DNA of 64,000 bases, taken from Escherichia phage 04086. Where the stretch lies: sequence record OR842557. The stretch is one strand, 5' to 3'. Shown here in pieces: positions 30,726 to 41,100 of this stretch. Under the pieces are notes generated by a model. That model did no database searches. It was given only the letters and a program-made list of their open reading frames with translations, and was not told the DNA's origin. The translations under genes were made by a program, and so were the position numbers. The number at the start of each line of letters is the position of its first letter. Positions within the stretch are counted from its first letter, which is position 1.

Positions 30726-32662
30726 CTAATTAACTTTAGTAGCTTGACGCATACCAGGAGCAGGAGTAGAGGACTGTGGAGGTAAATTATAACTAGTCTT
30801 ACTCGTTTTCTTGATATTCGTTTGCTGATTTATTTGAGTTGGAGCCTGCTGACTATATTTAGCATTTTCCTTTGCTCTCATTTGCTCATCAACCTTTTTA
30901 ACCTGGGTATTTTCAGGAGATTCCGCTACAGAAGCAGGTTTAGGCTTTTCAGCTTCATTAAATTTCTCTAAAGATTTATTCATCTTATCAAGTAATTGCT
31001 GGATATTAAGGTCCTTCGGTGCTCCGCCTTTAGCCATAATAGGGTCGGCCAATTGTTTCTCGATATCAGCTTTAAATGCTTTAGCATTTTCGATATCTTT
31101 AGAATCAGGCTTCATTATATTATCAGCAGTTTGAGTCAAACGAATAATATCGGCTTGGGCTTTATCACGCTTCTTGAAATACTCTAATCGTTCTTCTTCA
31201 GGGAGGTCACGGAAGCTTGTGCCAATTCCACCTGCGCGTAATTGGTCAGCCTGTTCTTTAGTAAGATTACCGTATTTCTCTGCTTGGTTTATAAGCTCGG
31301 GTTTATCCTTATACTTCTTATTCATTTTCTCGGCTGTTTCTAAAGCCTCGGCAGAACGTCTATCGTGGTACTTGGCTACTTTAGTTTGGTCTTCATCATC
31401 TAAAGTGGCTCCAGTATTTTGTTGATACGACATTAAAGCGGAAGCCTCCACGTTTTCAGCTAACTCACCCATACCAGGTATTTTGCTTAAAATGGCAGAA
31501 ATCAACTTAGAAATACCGAGCATTAAAAGCTGGGCCATATTTTTAGTAAGATTAACCATACCACGAATAATGGCTTCAGCCAGACCTAACCAGTTCCCTT
31601 CACTAAACATGGCTTCAGCATTCTTGGCCCATGTCATTAGCCCTTCAAGTAATGGTCCCCACTCTTTAAACTTATCGTTAAATTCTTTCCATCCTGCCTC
31701 AAATTGGTCCATGAAATATTGGAAGTACACACGAATGGCATCTATACCAAATATTAAAAGGACTAAACCTGCGGCGAGTTTAGCAGCTTCAGCGGCAGCG
31801 GTAATGGTATACTTAAAAAGCATGCCTGAAATTCTATCAGCGACGCCTATAGAAGCTTTAAATCCCTTTTCAGTTATTTTAGTAAGGGCTTCTATTTTCT
31901 CGGAAAGAGAAGTCTTATCACCTTCTTTACCTTCATCTGAATTTTTAGGAGGCTCAGGCATAAATTCAGCGTCAGGTTTATTATCTTCAGGTGGAAGAAT
32001 ATCTTCAACAACAGCAGGAACTTTAGGAGTTTCGGCCTTAGGTTCTTCTGGAATAGAGTCTTCAATAACCTTTAATGAACTCCCTTCCGGTGGAATAGAA
32101 ATACCAGAAAATTTAGCCTCCAACATATTAGAAAGCTTATTAATCTTTTCGTTTAATGCATCCGAAAGAGCTTTAGATTGTTGAGTTTGTTCTGATATAG
32201 CTTCAGCTGTTAATTCTGTCCCGGCAACAACATCTTGGACGCTTTTATCTACTCGGTCTACAGAACTAATAATCTGATTAGACTTTGTCTCAACCACTTC
32301 AGAGAGCAATTCAGACGCCGCCTGGGAATCGGATAAAACATCTGATATATTTCCTAATTCGTCGTTCTGAGTTTNNNTTGTTGAGTTTGTTCTGATATAG
32401 CTTCAGCTGTTAATTCTGTCCCGGCAACAACATCTTGGACGCTTTTATCTACTCGGTCTACAGAACTAATAATCTGATTAGACTTTGTCTCAACCACTTC
32501 AGAGAGCAATTCAGACGCCGCCTGGGAATCGGATAAAACATCTGATATATTTCCTAATTCGTCGTTCTGAGTTTGGGCTAGCGCCTCAGCACGACGCTGA
32601 GGAGCCATTTCTTCAATCAGTTTATTGCGACGAAAACTATTCTGATTAGATTCGTTCTTCAT
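30726..32662 (-). CDS. 29: Baseplate hub / tail length determinator Gp29; frame broken by duplication at nnn 32375-32377
   Basis: Two ORFs (30726..32309, 32354..32662) share repeated SEVVETKSNQIISSVDRVDKSVQDVVAGTELTAEAISEQTQQ; about 576 aa once duplicate removed. Confidence 0.75.
32170..32580. repeat. Direct duplication (~205 bp x2, nnn at 32375-32377) inside gene 29
   Basis: Identical repeated segment either side of nnn. Confidence 0.9.
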
Positions 32663-33173
32663 TTAAGATATCCATGATTTTAAGCAATCCTTTGATAGGA
32701 CCATTAGGACCAGGGATAGCTATAGTAGAAGTTATATCGTCGGCCCATGTAGCAACAAAGGCAGGCATATCCAGAAAATCTGGTACATCATCACCAAGGT
32801 AAAGGGACTGTAATACACTATCAACAGGCCCAAATGTTTGAAATGGTTCATGTGATTTAAATTTAAATGTTTTACCTTGGAATTGGAATTCAAGTCGTTG
32901 GCAGATATAAAGGTCATTTAAGTTATAAGTAAACCCGTCTTTGGTTACTTTACTTTTTAATCTTCCATTGAATTCTAAAAGGTGAAGAGCGGCAAAATCA
33001 GTCTCTGCCGCGGATAAATCTTTATAAATGGAATTCATTAATATGTGAAGAGCCTTGTAAGGGTCTTTTTCATCTTTAACCAATTTCTGGTGTTTAAGAC
33101 CCAATTTAGGAATAGAAATCTCTTTATCACCCAGCGTTATTTTCTTGATCGGGAGTATCAGTTTTAAGTTCAT
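32646..33173 (-). CDS. 28: Baseplate hub distal subunit Gp28
   Basis: 176 aa from [11 protein letters not shown] with AAGG RBS; synteny between 27 and 29. Confidence 0.65.
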   Translation of the reverse strand: MNLKLILPIKKITLGDKEISIPKLGLKHQKLVKDEKDPYKALHILMNSIYKDLSAAETDFAALHLLEFNGRLKSKVTKDGFTYNLNDLYICQRLEFQFQGKTFKFKSHEPFQTFGPVDSVLQSLYLGDDVPDFLDMPAFVATWADDITSTIAIPGPNGPIKGLLKIMDILNEERI

Positions 33174-34487
33174 TTTTAACCTTCGGTGGTTCTTCAATCT
33201 TAATAGGCTTACCATTAGTAAACATATAAAGGTTTGTAATTGATGTATTGTTACTCACTTCATGAATAACTTCGTCTACATAAAAATCGTATTGGAATTG
33301 GTTTTTAGGGTCGTAGAAATTAATCTTATCACCTGGAGTTAGTTCAAAGTTACCGTATACCTTACAATGCGCGTAGCCGTCGTATTGGGCCATTGTAACT
33401 AATCTATCAGCTTCTTCATATCCATTTCGATAGGTATAATCGGAATATCCGCCAGAGCGAGAAACCAATATACTGTTTTGCCCATCGCCAAAAGTAATTC
33501 GTGTGGCGTTTTTGTCTAAGAAAGAGTGGGCGTATATAGTAGCGTTTTCATATGGCTTTCTGGAATGCTGGTTGGCTTTAGTTAACCATTCAAAATCAAA
33601 TGCGATAGGAGTATCCATATCTTGAACGTATTGGCCTATTAAACGCGGCTCACCTACCACAAAATTAATTGGCTCTTGATTAACCATAAATTCGTAGTCC
33701 ATAATAGAAATACCATCTATATCTTCCCAGACAAATACAAATTTATCAGATTCAACAGCCATACCTACTTCTCGTACAAATTCCATATAACGGTCCATTG
33801 AATCACACCAAGGAACATTAGGAACGTAAACGTTTATCCCGTTCAATGGAGGTGCAAGAAGTGGGCGGTCTTGATAAATAACACCAATCATTTCGGTTAA
33901 TGTTTCTTGAACACTTGGGAAGAACATACGTCCGAATTTAAGATTTTCTAAAAAGTGGATTGGGGCGAGTTGTATTGTTATGATATTATCACCCTTCGAA
34001 TCCACTCCTACAGCAAAGTGTTTACTTCCATAAATTCTTGATTGGGTACGTTCAGAGTTAGCATTCTTAACAGAAATTTGAATAATCTGCTCACCATCCA
34101 TTTTAGTATGAAGGTTCTTTGCATCATAAAACTGAAGCAACCCTTCATTACTACCGTAAAGNGTATTGTTATGATATTATCACCCTTCGAATCCACTCCT
34201 ACAGCAAAGTGCTTACTTCCATAAATTCTTGATTGGGTACGCTCAGAGTTGGCGTTCTTAACGGAAACTTGAATAATCTGTTCGCCGTCCATTTTAGTAT
34301 GAAGGTTCTTTGCATCATAAAACTGGAGCAATCCTTCATTACTACCGTAAAGTCCATCTCGCATTGTTAGAGTAGTAAATGTCGCGCCTAGTTCAACAAA
34401 ACGATGCTCTAACCAGGCGTCATAATCTTCGTAAAGGCGTATACTGATATTAGGAAAGCCTTCACGTTGCATAGTTTTTGAACTCAT
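33127..34487 (-). CDS. 27: Baseplate hub subunit Gp27; frame broken by duplication at n 34162
   Basis: N-terminus [48 protein letters not shown] and downstream [17 protein letters not shown] match T4 gp27. Confidence 0.85.
33975..34350. repeat. Direct duplication (~187 bp x2, n at 34162) inside gene 27
   Basis: Repeated [55 protein letters not shown]. Confidence 0.9.
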
Positions 34488-35236
34488 TTCTTAAGGTCCT
34501 TTTCAACCAAAGACAAAGCAATACCGCGTTCGATTGGAATCATCTGCATAATGCTTTCTAATGAATAATTGTTCTTTACCAATAAATGGTTTATTTGGTA
34601 AAATAAAAATATCTCATCCGGATTGACTATAAGCTTAAACACCTCTAAAATATCGGTATACGTAATTGTTCTACGATTACAGCACCCATATTTGAGTTCG
34701 AAATGAATAGGGCTAGTTTGTTTAACTATATCCTCTAAAGTGGATAAGTCTATAGCATCTATTACGGCTAATTGGTCTTCTTCAGAAAGGTCAGTCCAAT
34801 TATATTTCCCGTTTTCATCTTCTACTGTTTGGAGGGTGTTCAAAATCAATTCGGATTTGTCGTGATATTCTATTTCCGGAAATTTGAATGTTAGCTTCAA
34901 GCCTGCCACTTCAATTGTGGGGTTATCTAACTTGGCCTGTTTCAAATTGAATAAGACTTGTCTATCCTTTTCACACTTACTGCAAGTGTATCGGATAGGA
35001 ATTTTGGTCTTGCCGAGTGATGACGTGTAAAGTTCAATGAACATATACGGGCGCCATGACATAGGATATTCACCGAAGTATTCTTCCAGTAACTCATCTA
35101 AAATTTGTTTTTGCTCTTCAGGTGATTTATTATTCATGTCATTTCGAATCAAAATAAAATCACGATAATCAGCTACTGTAAAAGGTTTAAATCGGTGGAC
35201 TCCATCGGGCATTTCACAACGTACTATATTAGCCAT
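34484..35236 (-). CDS. 51: Baseplate hub assembly protein Gp51
   Basis: 250 aa from [24 protein letters not shown] (T4 gp51-like start) with AAGAGG RBS and upstream TATAAATA. Confidence 0.8.
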   Translation of the reverse strand: MANIVRCEMPDGVHRFKPFTVADYRDFILIRNDMNNKSPEEQKQILDELLEEYFGEYPMSWRPYMFIELYTSSLGKTKIPIRYTCSKCEKDRQVLFNLKQAKLDNPTIEVAGLKLTFKFPEIEYHDKSELILNTLQTVEDENGKYNWTDLSEEDQLAVIDAIDLSTLEDIVKQTSPIHFELKYGCCNRRTITYTDILEVFKLIVNPDEIFLFYQINHLLVKNNYSLESIMQMIPIERGIALSLVEKDLKK

Positions 35237-35256
35237 AGGGTGTCCTCTTATTGATG

Positions 35257-35268
35257 TATTTATAAATA
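35257..35268. promoter_or_regulatory. Overlapping divergent late promoters (TATTTATAAATA) for genes 51 (-) and 26 (+)
   Basis: TATAAATA readable on both strands within a 12-bp element between divergent late genes. Confidence 0.6.
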
Positions 35269-35286
35269 AGCTTAAAGGAGAAGACA

Positions 35287-35910
35287 ATGAATTATACTTT
35301 TGACGTAAAAATTAAAAACAAAACCATAAAATGCAGAGCATTTACCCTCAGAGAGTATAAGGACTTGCTCCAAGCTAAATTAGAAGGCAGAATAGAGTCC
35401 TTTATCAATGAACTCATTTCGAATTGCACAGATGCTCGTGATTTAAACAAGCAAGAATCTGAGCTCCTGGTGATAAACCTGTGGGCCCATTCATTAGCCG
35501 AAGTGAATATAGAACGTGAGTGGGTTTGTAGTTGTGGTCGCTCACAGGTTGTCCCTATGACACTAACTCGCGCAACATTAGGTAAAGAGCCTGATGTTAT
35601 TAAAGACTTTGGCAACTTTAAAATTGTTTTCAGATATCCTAAACTCTTTGAAGATAAAAATAGAGCTATGATGGTCGCAGGGTGTATCGATTATATTTTA
35701 ACTTCTGCAGGCGAAAAGCTTTTTCTTTCCGATTTAAGCGATGCGGAACTTGATGACCTTTATTCTGTGATATCAGAAAAAGACATAAAAGAAGTTTATG
35801 ATGCACTAGTTGCCCCTAAGCCTATTTTGGCCATACCTATTTCTTGTGAATGTGGTGAACATACCGTCCACGTTATTGAGGGACTTAAAGAGTTCTTTAA
35901 GGTGATGTAA
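35287..35910 (+). CDS. 26: Baseplate hub subunit Gp26
   Basis: 207 aa (T4 gp26 about 208); AAGGAG RBS; synteny. Confidence 0.8.
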   Translation: MNYTFDVKIKNKTIKCRAFTLREYKDLLQAKLEGRIESFINELISNCTDARDLNKQESELLVINLWAHSLAEVNIEREWVCSCGRSQVVPMTLTRATLGKEPDVIKDFGNFKIVFRYPKLFEDKNRAMMVAGCIDYILTSAGEKLFLSDLSDAELDDLYSVISEKDIKEVYDALVAPKPILAIPISCECGEHTVHVIEGLKEFFKVM

Positions 35911-36299
35911 TGAATATCAATAAAATGTATTCAGATTTAGACCCTGAAATGAGGACGTCTTGGAATAGAGACGTCGCTAAAGCTACGGGTGCACGTGCAG
36001 TTAAAAATAGTTTGTTAGGCATTATTACTACTCGCAAAGGTTCACGCCCTTTTATGCCTGAATTTGGGTGTGACATCAGTAACCAATTGTTTGAGAATAT
36101 TACTCCACTAATCACGGATACCATTAAGCGTAATATAGTTTCCGCTGTGCGGAACTTCGAACCCAGAATTTCTACCCTGGCTGTAGGTGTGACACCTGTG
36201 TACGATGATAACTCGATTATAGTGACCGTTCAGTTTAGTATAGTTGATGACCCGGATACATTAGAGCAAATTAGAATCCAGCTCTCACAGAGTGGTTAA
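35910..36299 (+). CDS. 25: Baseplate wedge subunit Gp25
   Basis: 129 aa; matches T4 gp25 (NINK.YSD.DPEM...SLLGIITTRKGSRPF.PEFGCD...QLFEN.TPL). Confidence 0.9.
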   Translation: MNINKMYSDLDPEMRTSWNRDVAKATGARAVKNSLLGIITTRKGSRPFMPEFGCDISNQLFENITPLITDTIKRNIVSAVRNFEPRISTLAVGVTPVYDDNSIIVTVQFSIVDDPDTLEQIRIQLSQSG

Positions 36300-36357
36300 T
36301 TGCTGTTCAAATGAATAGTGTATAATGGTCCTATGGTTATTACACAGGAAACATGCG

Positions 36358-36792
36358 ATGAGTAAAGAGATTGAATATAAATTAGAATCATTTCAGGACG
36401 CATTAGACGAGGATTTAAAGATTGATGGAACTCGTTTACAATATGAAGTACAGAACAACGTTTTGCTGCACAGCAAATGGCTAAGGCTGTATACGAATTG
36501 TAAGAAAGAAATAATGAGATTAGAAATCCAGAAAAAGACCTCACTTAAGAAGCGATTAGATTTCTACACGGGACGTGGAGAGCCTGGTGATGAGGTTTGT
36601 ATGGACCAGTATGAGAAGTCTGAATTAAAGACCGTTATGGCTGCGGATTCTAGTGTAATTAAAATCGACACATCAATCCAGTATTGGGCTTTATTACAGG
36701 ACTTTTGTAGTTCAGCACTTGATGCTATTAAGGCGCGTGGTTTTAACCTTAAGACCATGCATGAGATGAGACAATTTGAGGCAGGTAAATAA
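36358..36792 (+). CDS. uvsY: Recombination mediator UvsY
   Basis: 144 aa from MSKEIEY; matches T4 UvsY (TKLQYE..NNV.L.SKWL....KEI.RLE.QKK..LK.RLD.Y.GRG...DRYEKSE.KTV..AD..V.K.DTS.QYW..L.DFCS.ALDAIK.RGF). Confidence 0.9.
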   Translation: MSKEIEYKLESFQDALDEDLKIDGTRLQYEVQNNVLLHSKWLRLYTNCKKEIMRLEIQKKTSLKKRLDFYTGRGEPGDEVCMDQYEKSELKTVMAADSSVIKIDTSIQYWALLQDFCSSALDAIKARGFNLKTMHEMRQFEAGK

Positions 36793-36890
36793 TGAGACGT
36801 ACTAAAAATACCAAACCCATTAAAGTAGATGCCGATAAAATGAAACTTCTCCAAGAATTCATTAATGCTGCTTTAGCAAGTAATAAATAG
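36792..36890 (+). CDS. Small ORF (32 aa), uvsY.-1 position
   Basis: ATG overlapping uvsY stop; basic peptide; below track threshold. Confidence 0.3.
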   Translation: MRRTKNTKPIKVDADKMKLLQEFINAALASNK

Positions 36891-36918
36891 ATATGTAAGT
36901 TAAACTAAGGAGACAATC

Positions 36919-37086
36919 ATGTCAGATAAGATTTGCGTTGTCTGTAAAACTCCAATCGATGCTGCATTGGTTGTTGAAACAGAAAAAGGTCCGGTTCATC
37001 CGGGCTCATGTTATAATTACGTTCAAAGCCTGCCTGTTACGGAAAACACTGAAGAACAGCTGAACGAAACCCAATTACTACTTTAG
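36919..37086 (+). CDS. Small ORF (55 aa) with CxxC and GSCY motif, uvsY.-2 position
   Basis: AAGGAG RBS 8 nt upstream of ATG 36919. Confidence 0.4.
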   Translation: MSDKICVVCKTPIDAALVVETEKGPVHPGSCYNYVQSLPVTENTEEQLNETQLLL

Positions 37087-37113
37087 TCTAGTGTGTATAG
37101 CCATTTATGGTTA

Positions 37114-37146
37114 TTGGCCCTTCCGAAAGGTTGGGCCTTTTTTGTT
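37114..37146. terminator. GC-rich hairpin (GGCCC...GGGCC) + U7 tract between convergent uvsY.-2 (+) and uvsW.1 (-)
   Basis: ggcccttccgaaaggttgggcc followed by tttttttg. Confidence 0.65.
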
Positions 37147-37373
37147 TAGAAATCTTCCTCTTCCTCGTCGTCCATCGACTCCAATTCAGCTCTCTTACCA
37201 GCCAATGCATCACGCACGCTAATATCATCCGAATCACGAAGTTCAGCTTCCTTACTACGAGTTTTGTAATACTTTTCCAATTCCTTCAGACCATCCATAG
37301 TCTGACAAGAACCAATTTTAGCCATGAAGCTTTCAATAGATGCTTCTTGAATAACTTCTTTAAAGGTTTTCAT
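37146..37373 (-). CDS. UvsW.1-like small acidic protein (75 aa)
   Basis: Size and position as T4 uvsW.1 immediately downstream of uvsW. Confidence 0.55.
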   Translation of the reverse strand: MKTFKEVIQEASIESFMAKIGSCQTMDGLKELEKYYKTRSKEAELRDSDDISVRDALAGKRAELESMDDEEEEDF

Positions 37374-38866
37374 AAATCCACCTGTTTCATTACGTAATTA
37401 AATTTCTCATCAGCATAACGTTGAATACGTTCTAAAGCGTGTTTGAGGGCGTAGTTCAAATGAACATATTTCTTTTTAGCCGTAGCTGATTTAGGCTTAA
37501 CACCCATGTCGTCGATGATATCCCACACCTGTGCTGTTGATTTAGAGGCATGTTTACGGAGTACACGACCAATTGTCTGGAGTACAATGATTTTAGATTT
37601 TACTGGATGAGCAAATACAACGTGGTGAAGGTTCTTAACGGAAATACCAGTAGAGAACACACCATAACTTGCCACAACAATAATACCCTTACCATTTTCC
37701 GCCATTACTTTCAGAGCATTACGCGTTTCAGTATTAACTTCACCTGATACATAATAAACTTCTTTATGTTGCTCTTTAACCATTTCAAAAAGAGTTTTAC
37801 CGTGTTCGATGTTTTTAAACATCAGGAATACGTTCTCTTCTTTCTTAGCGAGTTTAACAGCTAAATTAGCAACCCATTTATTACGACGAGTAGCCTTAGT
37901 AATGACTTTAATTTCTGATTGGTAATCTTTACCTTTCATCTTAACAGTGAATTCGTCTGGGTATCGAAGGAAAATACTGTTGATTTTAAGGTCAGTAACC
38001 TGTCCTTCTTCCATTAATTGGGAAGTGGATACCGGCTTAAACACATCACCAAACAAACCCATATATTGCATTAAATTAGCTTTACCATCTTTTAAAGAAC
38101 CAGACAAACCGAATTTAAACATACAGTTGGTTAGGCCTTCGATGATAGTAGAAATAGATTTACCTGTAGCCAAGTGGCATTCGTCGTTCATAAACATACC
38201 GAACTGAGCAAACCATTCTTTAGGTTGCTTGATAGCAGTTTGATAAGTTGAAACATAAATCATTGCATCGGAATCACGAGCAGTACCTGAACGAATACCA
38301 AGCATTGCTGCTTTAGGGAACAATCGATAATCGATGAAGTCATTAATCATCTGGTCGACGAGTGCAGTAGTAGGAACCAGAATAAGGATTTTACCTTCGT
38401 AGTTCTCAACGTAATATCGACTCAAGAGCGCCTGAATCAATGATTTACCTGCGGATGTAGGTAAATTCAGAATTGCACGACGTTTTGTCAGGCCGTTGTA
38501 TACGGCTTCATTCTGATACCAATGAGGCTCAATCTTGGTAGACCCTGAATAAATTTCTTGAGAAGCTACCCATGAATCGAAATCTTCACGAGAAATATCT
38601 TCCTGTTCAAGAATACGTGGGTCAATCCACAGAGAGTATTCAAATTGTTCGGCGAACTTTTTAATTTGAGGGACCAGTCCATAAGGCAGTTTACGGTTAT
38701 AATCTAGAAGACGAATACGACCATCCCATTGTCCATAACGAAATTTAGGGTTGAATTTATATCCATCAGCTTCAAAGCTAAAATAGTCTCTGAGTTCGTA
38801 GAATGTGGATTCATCACACTCGATACGGACATGACTAAAATTATCAAAATGTACTTGAATTTGCAT
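37370..38866 (-). CDS. uvsW: DNA/RNA helicase UvsW
   Basis: 498 aa; collinear with T4 UvsW incl. helicase motifs NLPTSAGKS, DECH, VASYGVFSTGISVKNLHHVV, QTIGRVLRKH. Confidence 0.9.
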   Translation of the reverse strand: MQIQVHFDNFSHVRIECDESTFYELRDYFSFEADGYKFNPKFRYGQWDGRIRLLDYNRKLPYGLVPQIKKFAEQFEYSLWIDPRILEQEDISREDFDSWVASQEIYSGSTKIEPHWYQNEAVYNGLTKRRAILNLPTSAGKSLIQALLSRYYVENYEGKILILVPTTALVDQMINDFIDYRLFPKAAMLGIRSGTARDSDAMIYVSTYQTAIKQPKEWFAQFGMFMNDECHLATGKSISTIIEGLTNCMFKFGLSGSLKDGKANLMQYMGLFGDVFKPVSTSQLMEEGQVTDLKINSIFLRYPDEFTVKMKGKDYQSEIKVITKATRRNKWVANLAVKLAKKEENVFLMFKNIEHGKTLFEMVKEQHKEVYYVSGEVNTETRNALKVMAENGKGIIVVASYGVFSTGISVKNLHHVVFAHPVKSKIIVLQTIGRVLRKHASKSTAQVWDIIDDMGVKPKSATAKKKYVHLNYALKHALERIQRYADEKFNYVMKQVDL

Positions 38867-38894
38867 AAGTAATTCTCAGTTATAAATATAGTTA

Positions 38895-38902
38895 TATTTA
38901 TA
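38895..38902 (-). promoter_or_regulatory. Late promoter TATAAATA (minus strand) upstream of uvsW
   Basis: tatttata on + strand about 29 nt upstream of uvsW ATG. Confidence 0.5.
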
Positions 38903-39100
38903 CACCAACAAGAGACTAATTATGGATACTCAATATATTGAAGAGCTTCGTGCACTCGAAGATAAAAAAGAAGCTAAAGCTAAGTTAATCGAATACGGCG
39001 AACAGTTTGGTTTAAAACTTAAGAANAGATTCATCGCATTCAATACGGACATGACTAAAATTATCAAAATGTACTTGAATTTGCATAAGTAATTCTCAGT

Positions 39101-39108
39101 TATAAATA
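39101..39108 (+). promoter_or_regulatory. Late promoter TATAAATA upstream of inh-like gene
   Basis: Exact octamer 34 nt upstream of ATG 39142. Confidence 0.5.
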
Positions 39109-39141
39109 TAGTTATATTTATACACCAACAAGAGACTAATT

Positions 39142-39813
39142 ATGGATACTCAATATATTGAAGAGCTTCGTGCACTCGAAGATAAAAAAGAAGCTAAAGC
39201 TAAGTTAATCGAATACGGCGAACAGTTTGGTTTAAAACTTAAGAAAACCCGTTCGTTTGATAATTTGATTATCGATATCTCTGAAGGCCTTAAAGCCTTG
39301 GCTGACGAACCACTCCCAGAAACCGACGGGTTGTCTATTTCTGATTTGATTGATGCTGCTGACGAACTCACCGGTGATAACGATTTTATCGAAGGTGTAG
39401 AACCAGCTAAAGAAGAAGCAACCCTGTTGTTCGATGCTCCTGAGGCGGTTGTTGAAGTAATAGAGGTAGCCGAACTTCCTAAGGTAGAGATTATCGAAGA
39501 GGATGTTCCATTTGACGAAGAGAAATTCAAAGAGGCTATAGCCAAGGTTGTTGAATCTGAAAAACCTGTATTCTCTTTACCTGAAAACTTCAGTCCTAAT
39601 CTTTTGCTTATCGGTAAGAACCCAGGTTATTGCACTGTTCCTTGGTGGATTTACCAATGGATTTCTGAGACTCCGGATTGGAAAGAACGTCCAACCAGTT
39701 TCCAACATCCTACCGCACACCAAACACTATTCAGCTTGATTTATTACATCAATCGTAATGGGTCTGTTCTAGTACGAGAAACTCGTAACTCATCTTTTGT
39801 CACTTTAAAATAA
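39142..39813 (+). CDS. inh: Inh-like protein (prohead protease inhibitor position), acidic central region
   Basis: 223 aa; location between uvsW and hoc as T4 inh; sequence match not verified. Confidence 0.5.
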   Translation: MDTQYIEELRALEDKKEAKAKLIEYGEQFGLKLKKTRSFDNLIIDISEGLKALADEPLPETDGLSISDLIDAADELTGDNDFIEGVEPAKEEATLLFDAPEAVVEVIEVAELPKVEIIEEDVPFDEEKFKEAIAKVVESEKPVFSLPENFSPNLLLIGKNPGYCTVPWWIYQWISETPDWKERPTSFQHPTAHQTLFSLIYYINRNGSVLVRETRNSSFVTLK

Positions 39814-39823
39814 GGGTTTTATT

Positions 39824-40672
39824 ATGGCTTATACCGTAGATATTGCTCCTTTGGCGGCTACGGCCGTTATTGGAGCAACAACCAATTTCACTGCGACCGG
39901 TTCCGGTGCTGCAGCTGAAGGTACCGAATCATTTGTCTGGACCGTTGATGGCGTTCCTCAATCTTCTGTGACTGCTGCAATGGATTATGTTGCTGTTGGC
40001 CCGGCAGGCAGCAAGACTATTAAAGTTGTTGCAACAACTACACCGGCGGACGGCGAACCAGAAACAGCTGAAGCCGAAACAACTTTAACTATCCAGAATA
40101 AAACCATTTCCGGTGTTTCTGTGACATTAACCCCAGCTTCGATTAATGTTCCGGAAGGCACTCCAGCTTCTTTTAAAGCGGATGTGGTCGGCGCTCCTGC
40201 TGGTGCTACTTTTGCCTATTCTTGGAAGAAAGACGGTTCTCCTGTAGTTGGCACCACGGATACTCTAGCAATCGATACAAGCACTGAAGGTTCACAGGTT
40301 ATTGAAGTTTCTGTTGTGGTTTCGGCGACTGATTATAACCCGGCGACTGTCACAAAAACCGGTAATGTAACAGTCACGGCTAAAGTCGCACCGGTTCCGG
40401 ATGGCGAATTACCTTACGTTCATCCACTCCCTGTTCGTAATTCAGCATATATTTGGGTTGGTTGGTGGGTTATGGATGAAATCCAGAAAATGACTCTTGA
40501 AGGCAAAGACTGGAAAACAGATGACCCGGATAGCCCGTATTATTTGCACCGATATACACTTCAAAAAATGATTACCGACTATTCAGAGGTTGATGTACAA
40601 GAATCTCGTAATGGTCGAATTATTCATCGCACCGCTTTAGAAGCTGGTATTATATACGATTACATTTATTAA
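39824..40672 (+). CDS. hoc: Outer capsid protein Hoc (shorter than T4 Hoc)
   Basis: 282 aa; Thr/Val-rich Ig-like repeats and C-terminal capsid-binding module (YVHPLPVRNSAYIWVGWW...DDPDSPYYLHRYT). Confidence 0.75.
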   Translation: MAYTVDIAPLAATAVIGATTNFTATGSGAAAEGTESFVWTVDGVPQSSVTAAMDYVAVGPAGSKTIKVVATTTPADGEPETAEAETTLTIQNKTISGVSVTLTPASINVPEGTPASFKADVVGAPAGATFAYSWKKDGSPVVGTTDTLAIDTSTEGSQVIEVSVVVSATDYNPATVTKTGNVTVTAKVAPVPDGELPYVHPLPVRNSAYIWVGWWVMDEIQKMTLEGKDWKTDDPDSPYYLHRYTLQKMITDYSEVDVQESRNGRIIHRTALEAGIIYDYIY

Positions 40673-40676
40673 TAAT

Positions 40677-40696
40677 GGGCCGCAAGGCCCATTTTG
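40677..40696 (+). terminator. Rho-independent terminator (GGGCC-GCAA-GGCCC + AUUUUG) after hoc
   Basis: 5-bp GC stem with GNRA loop and U tract. Confidence 0.6.
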
Positions 40697-40775
40697 CATT
40701 AAAGTACAAAATTCCTGTTTACAAGTTAAAAATTCTATGTTAAGATGGGTTTACCAACTCAACGAGAGAATTGTT

Positions 40776-40976
40776 ATGGATAAGGTTAAAGTACATTTTT
40801 TACACGAATCTGGGTTGAATTTTATAGAAATTGCTAAAAAAATGGGCGGGACCGCTAAGGACATGGCCAAAGCATGGGTTGATGTAGAACAAGCCAAGGC
40901 CAAATTTAAAGCGAAAGAAAAGGTTGTTTATCGTAAGAGATTGAACAATAAGGTTCGGCGCAAAGCGCATTCTTAG
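40776..40976 (+). CDS. Hypothetical small basic protein (66 aa)
   Basis: ATG 40776 (MDKVKVHF..) within track ORF 40737..40976. Confidence 0.4.
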   Translation: MDKVKVHFLHESGLNFIEIAKKMGGTAKDMAKAWVDVEQAKAKFKAKEKVVYRKRLNNKVRRKAHS

Positions 40977-40987
40977 TCTAAAGTAAT

Positions 40988-41014
40988 ATGCTTTAAATTT
41001 AGATGTGTTATAAT
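40988..41014 (+). promoter_or_regulatory. Candidate MotA-dependent middle promoter (TGCTTTA box, ~14 nt, TATAAT) for rnlB
   Basis: atatgctttaaatttagatgtgttataatggg read directly; spacing slightly long. Confidence 0.45.
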
Positions 41015-41100
41015 GGGTCTAGGTCCTTCCGTTCAACCATTTGGTTTGGTGACAGAAGACTACTAGCTCTTCTATTTAATTATATTTATTATGGTGATTT

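Larger units (their letters stand above)
38806..39245. repeat. Direct duplication (~220 bp x2, n at 39026) spanning uvsW start, intergenic promoters and inh-like start
   Basis: Second copy recreates uvsW N-terminal codons and the TATAAATA boxes; copies differ at a few positions. Confidence 0.9.

Noticed and set aside
31483-32184. 233-aa + strand ORF inside gene 29
   Set aside because: Antisense to gp29; no RBS; low-complexity Ser/Ala-rich translation.
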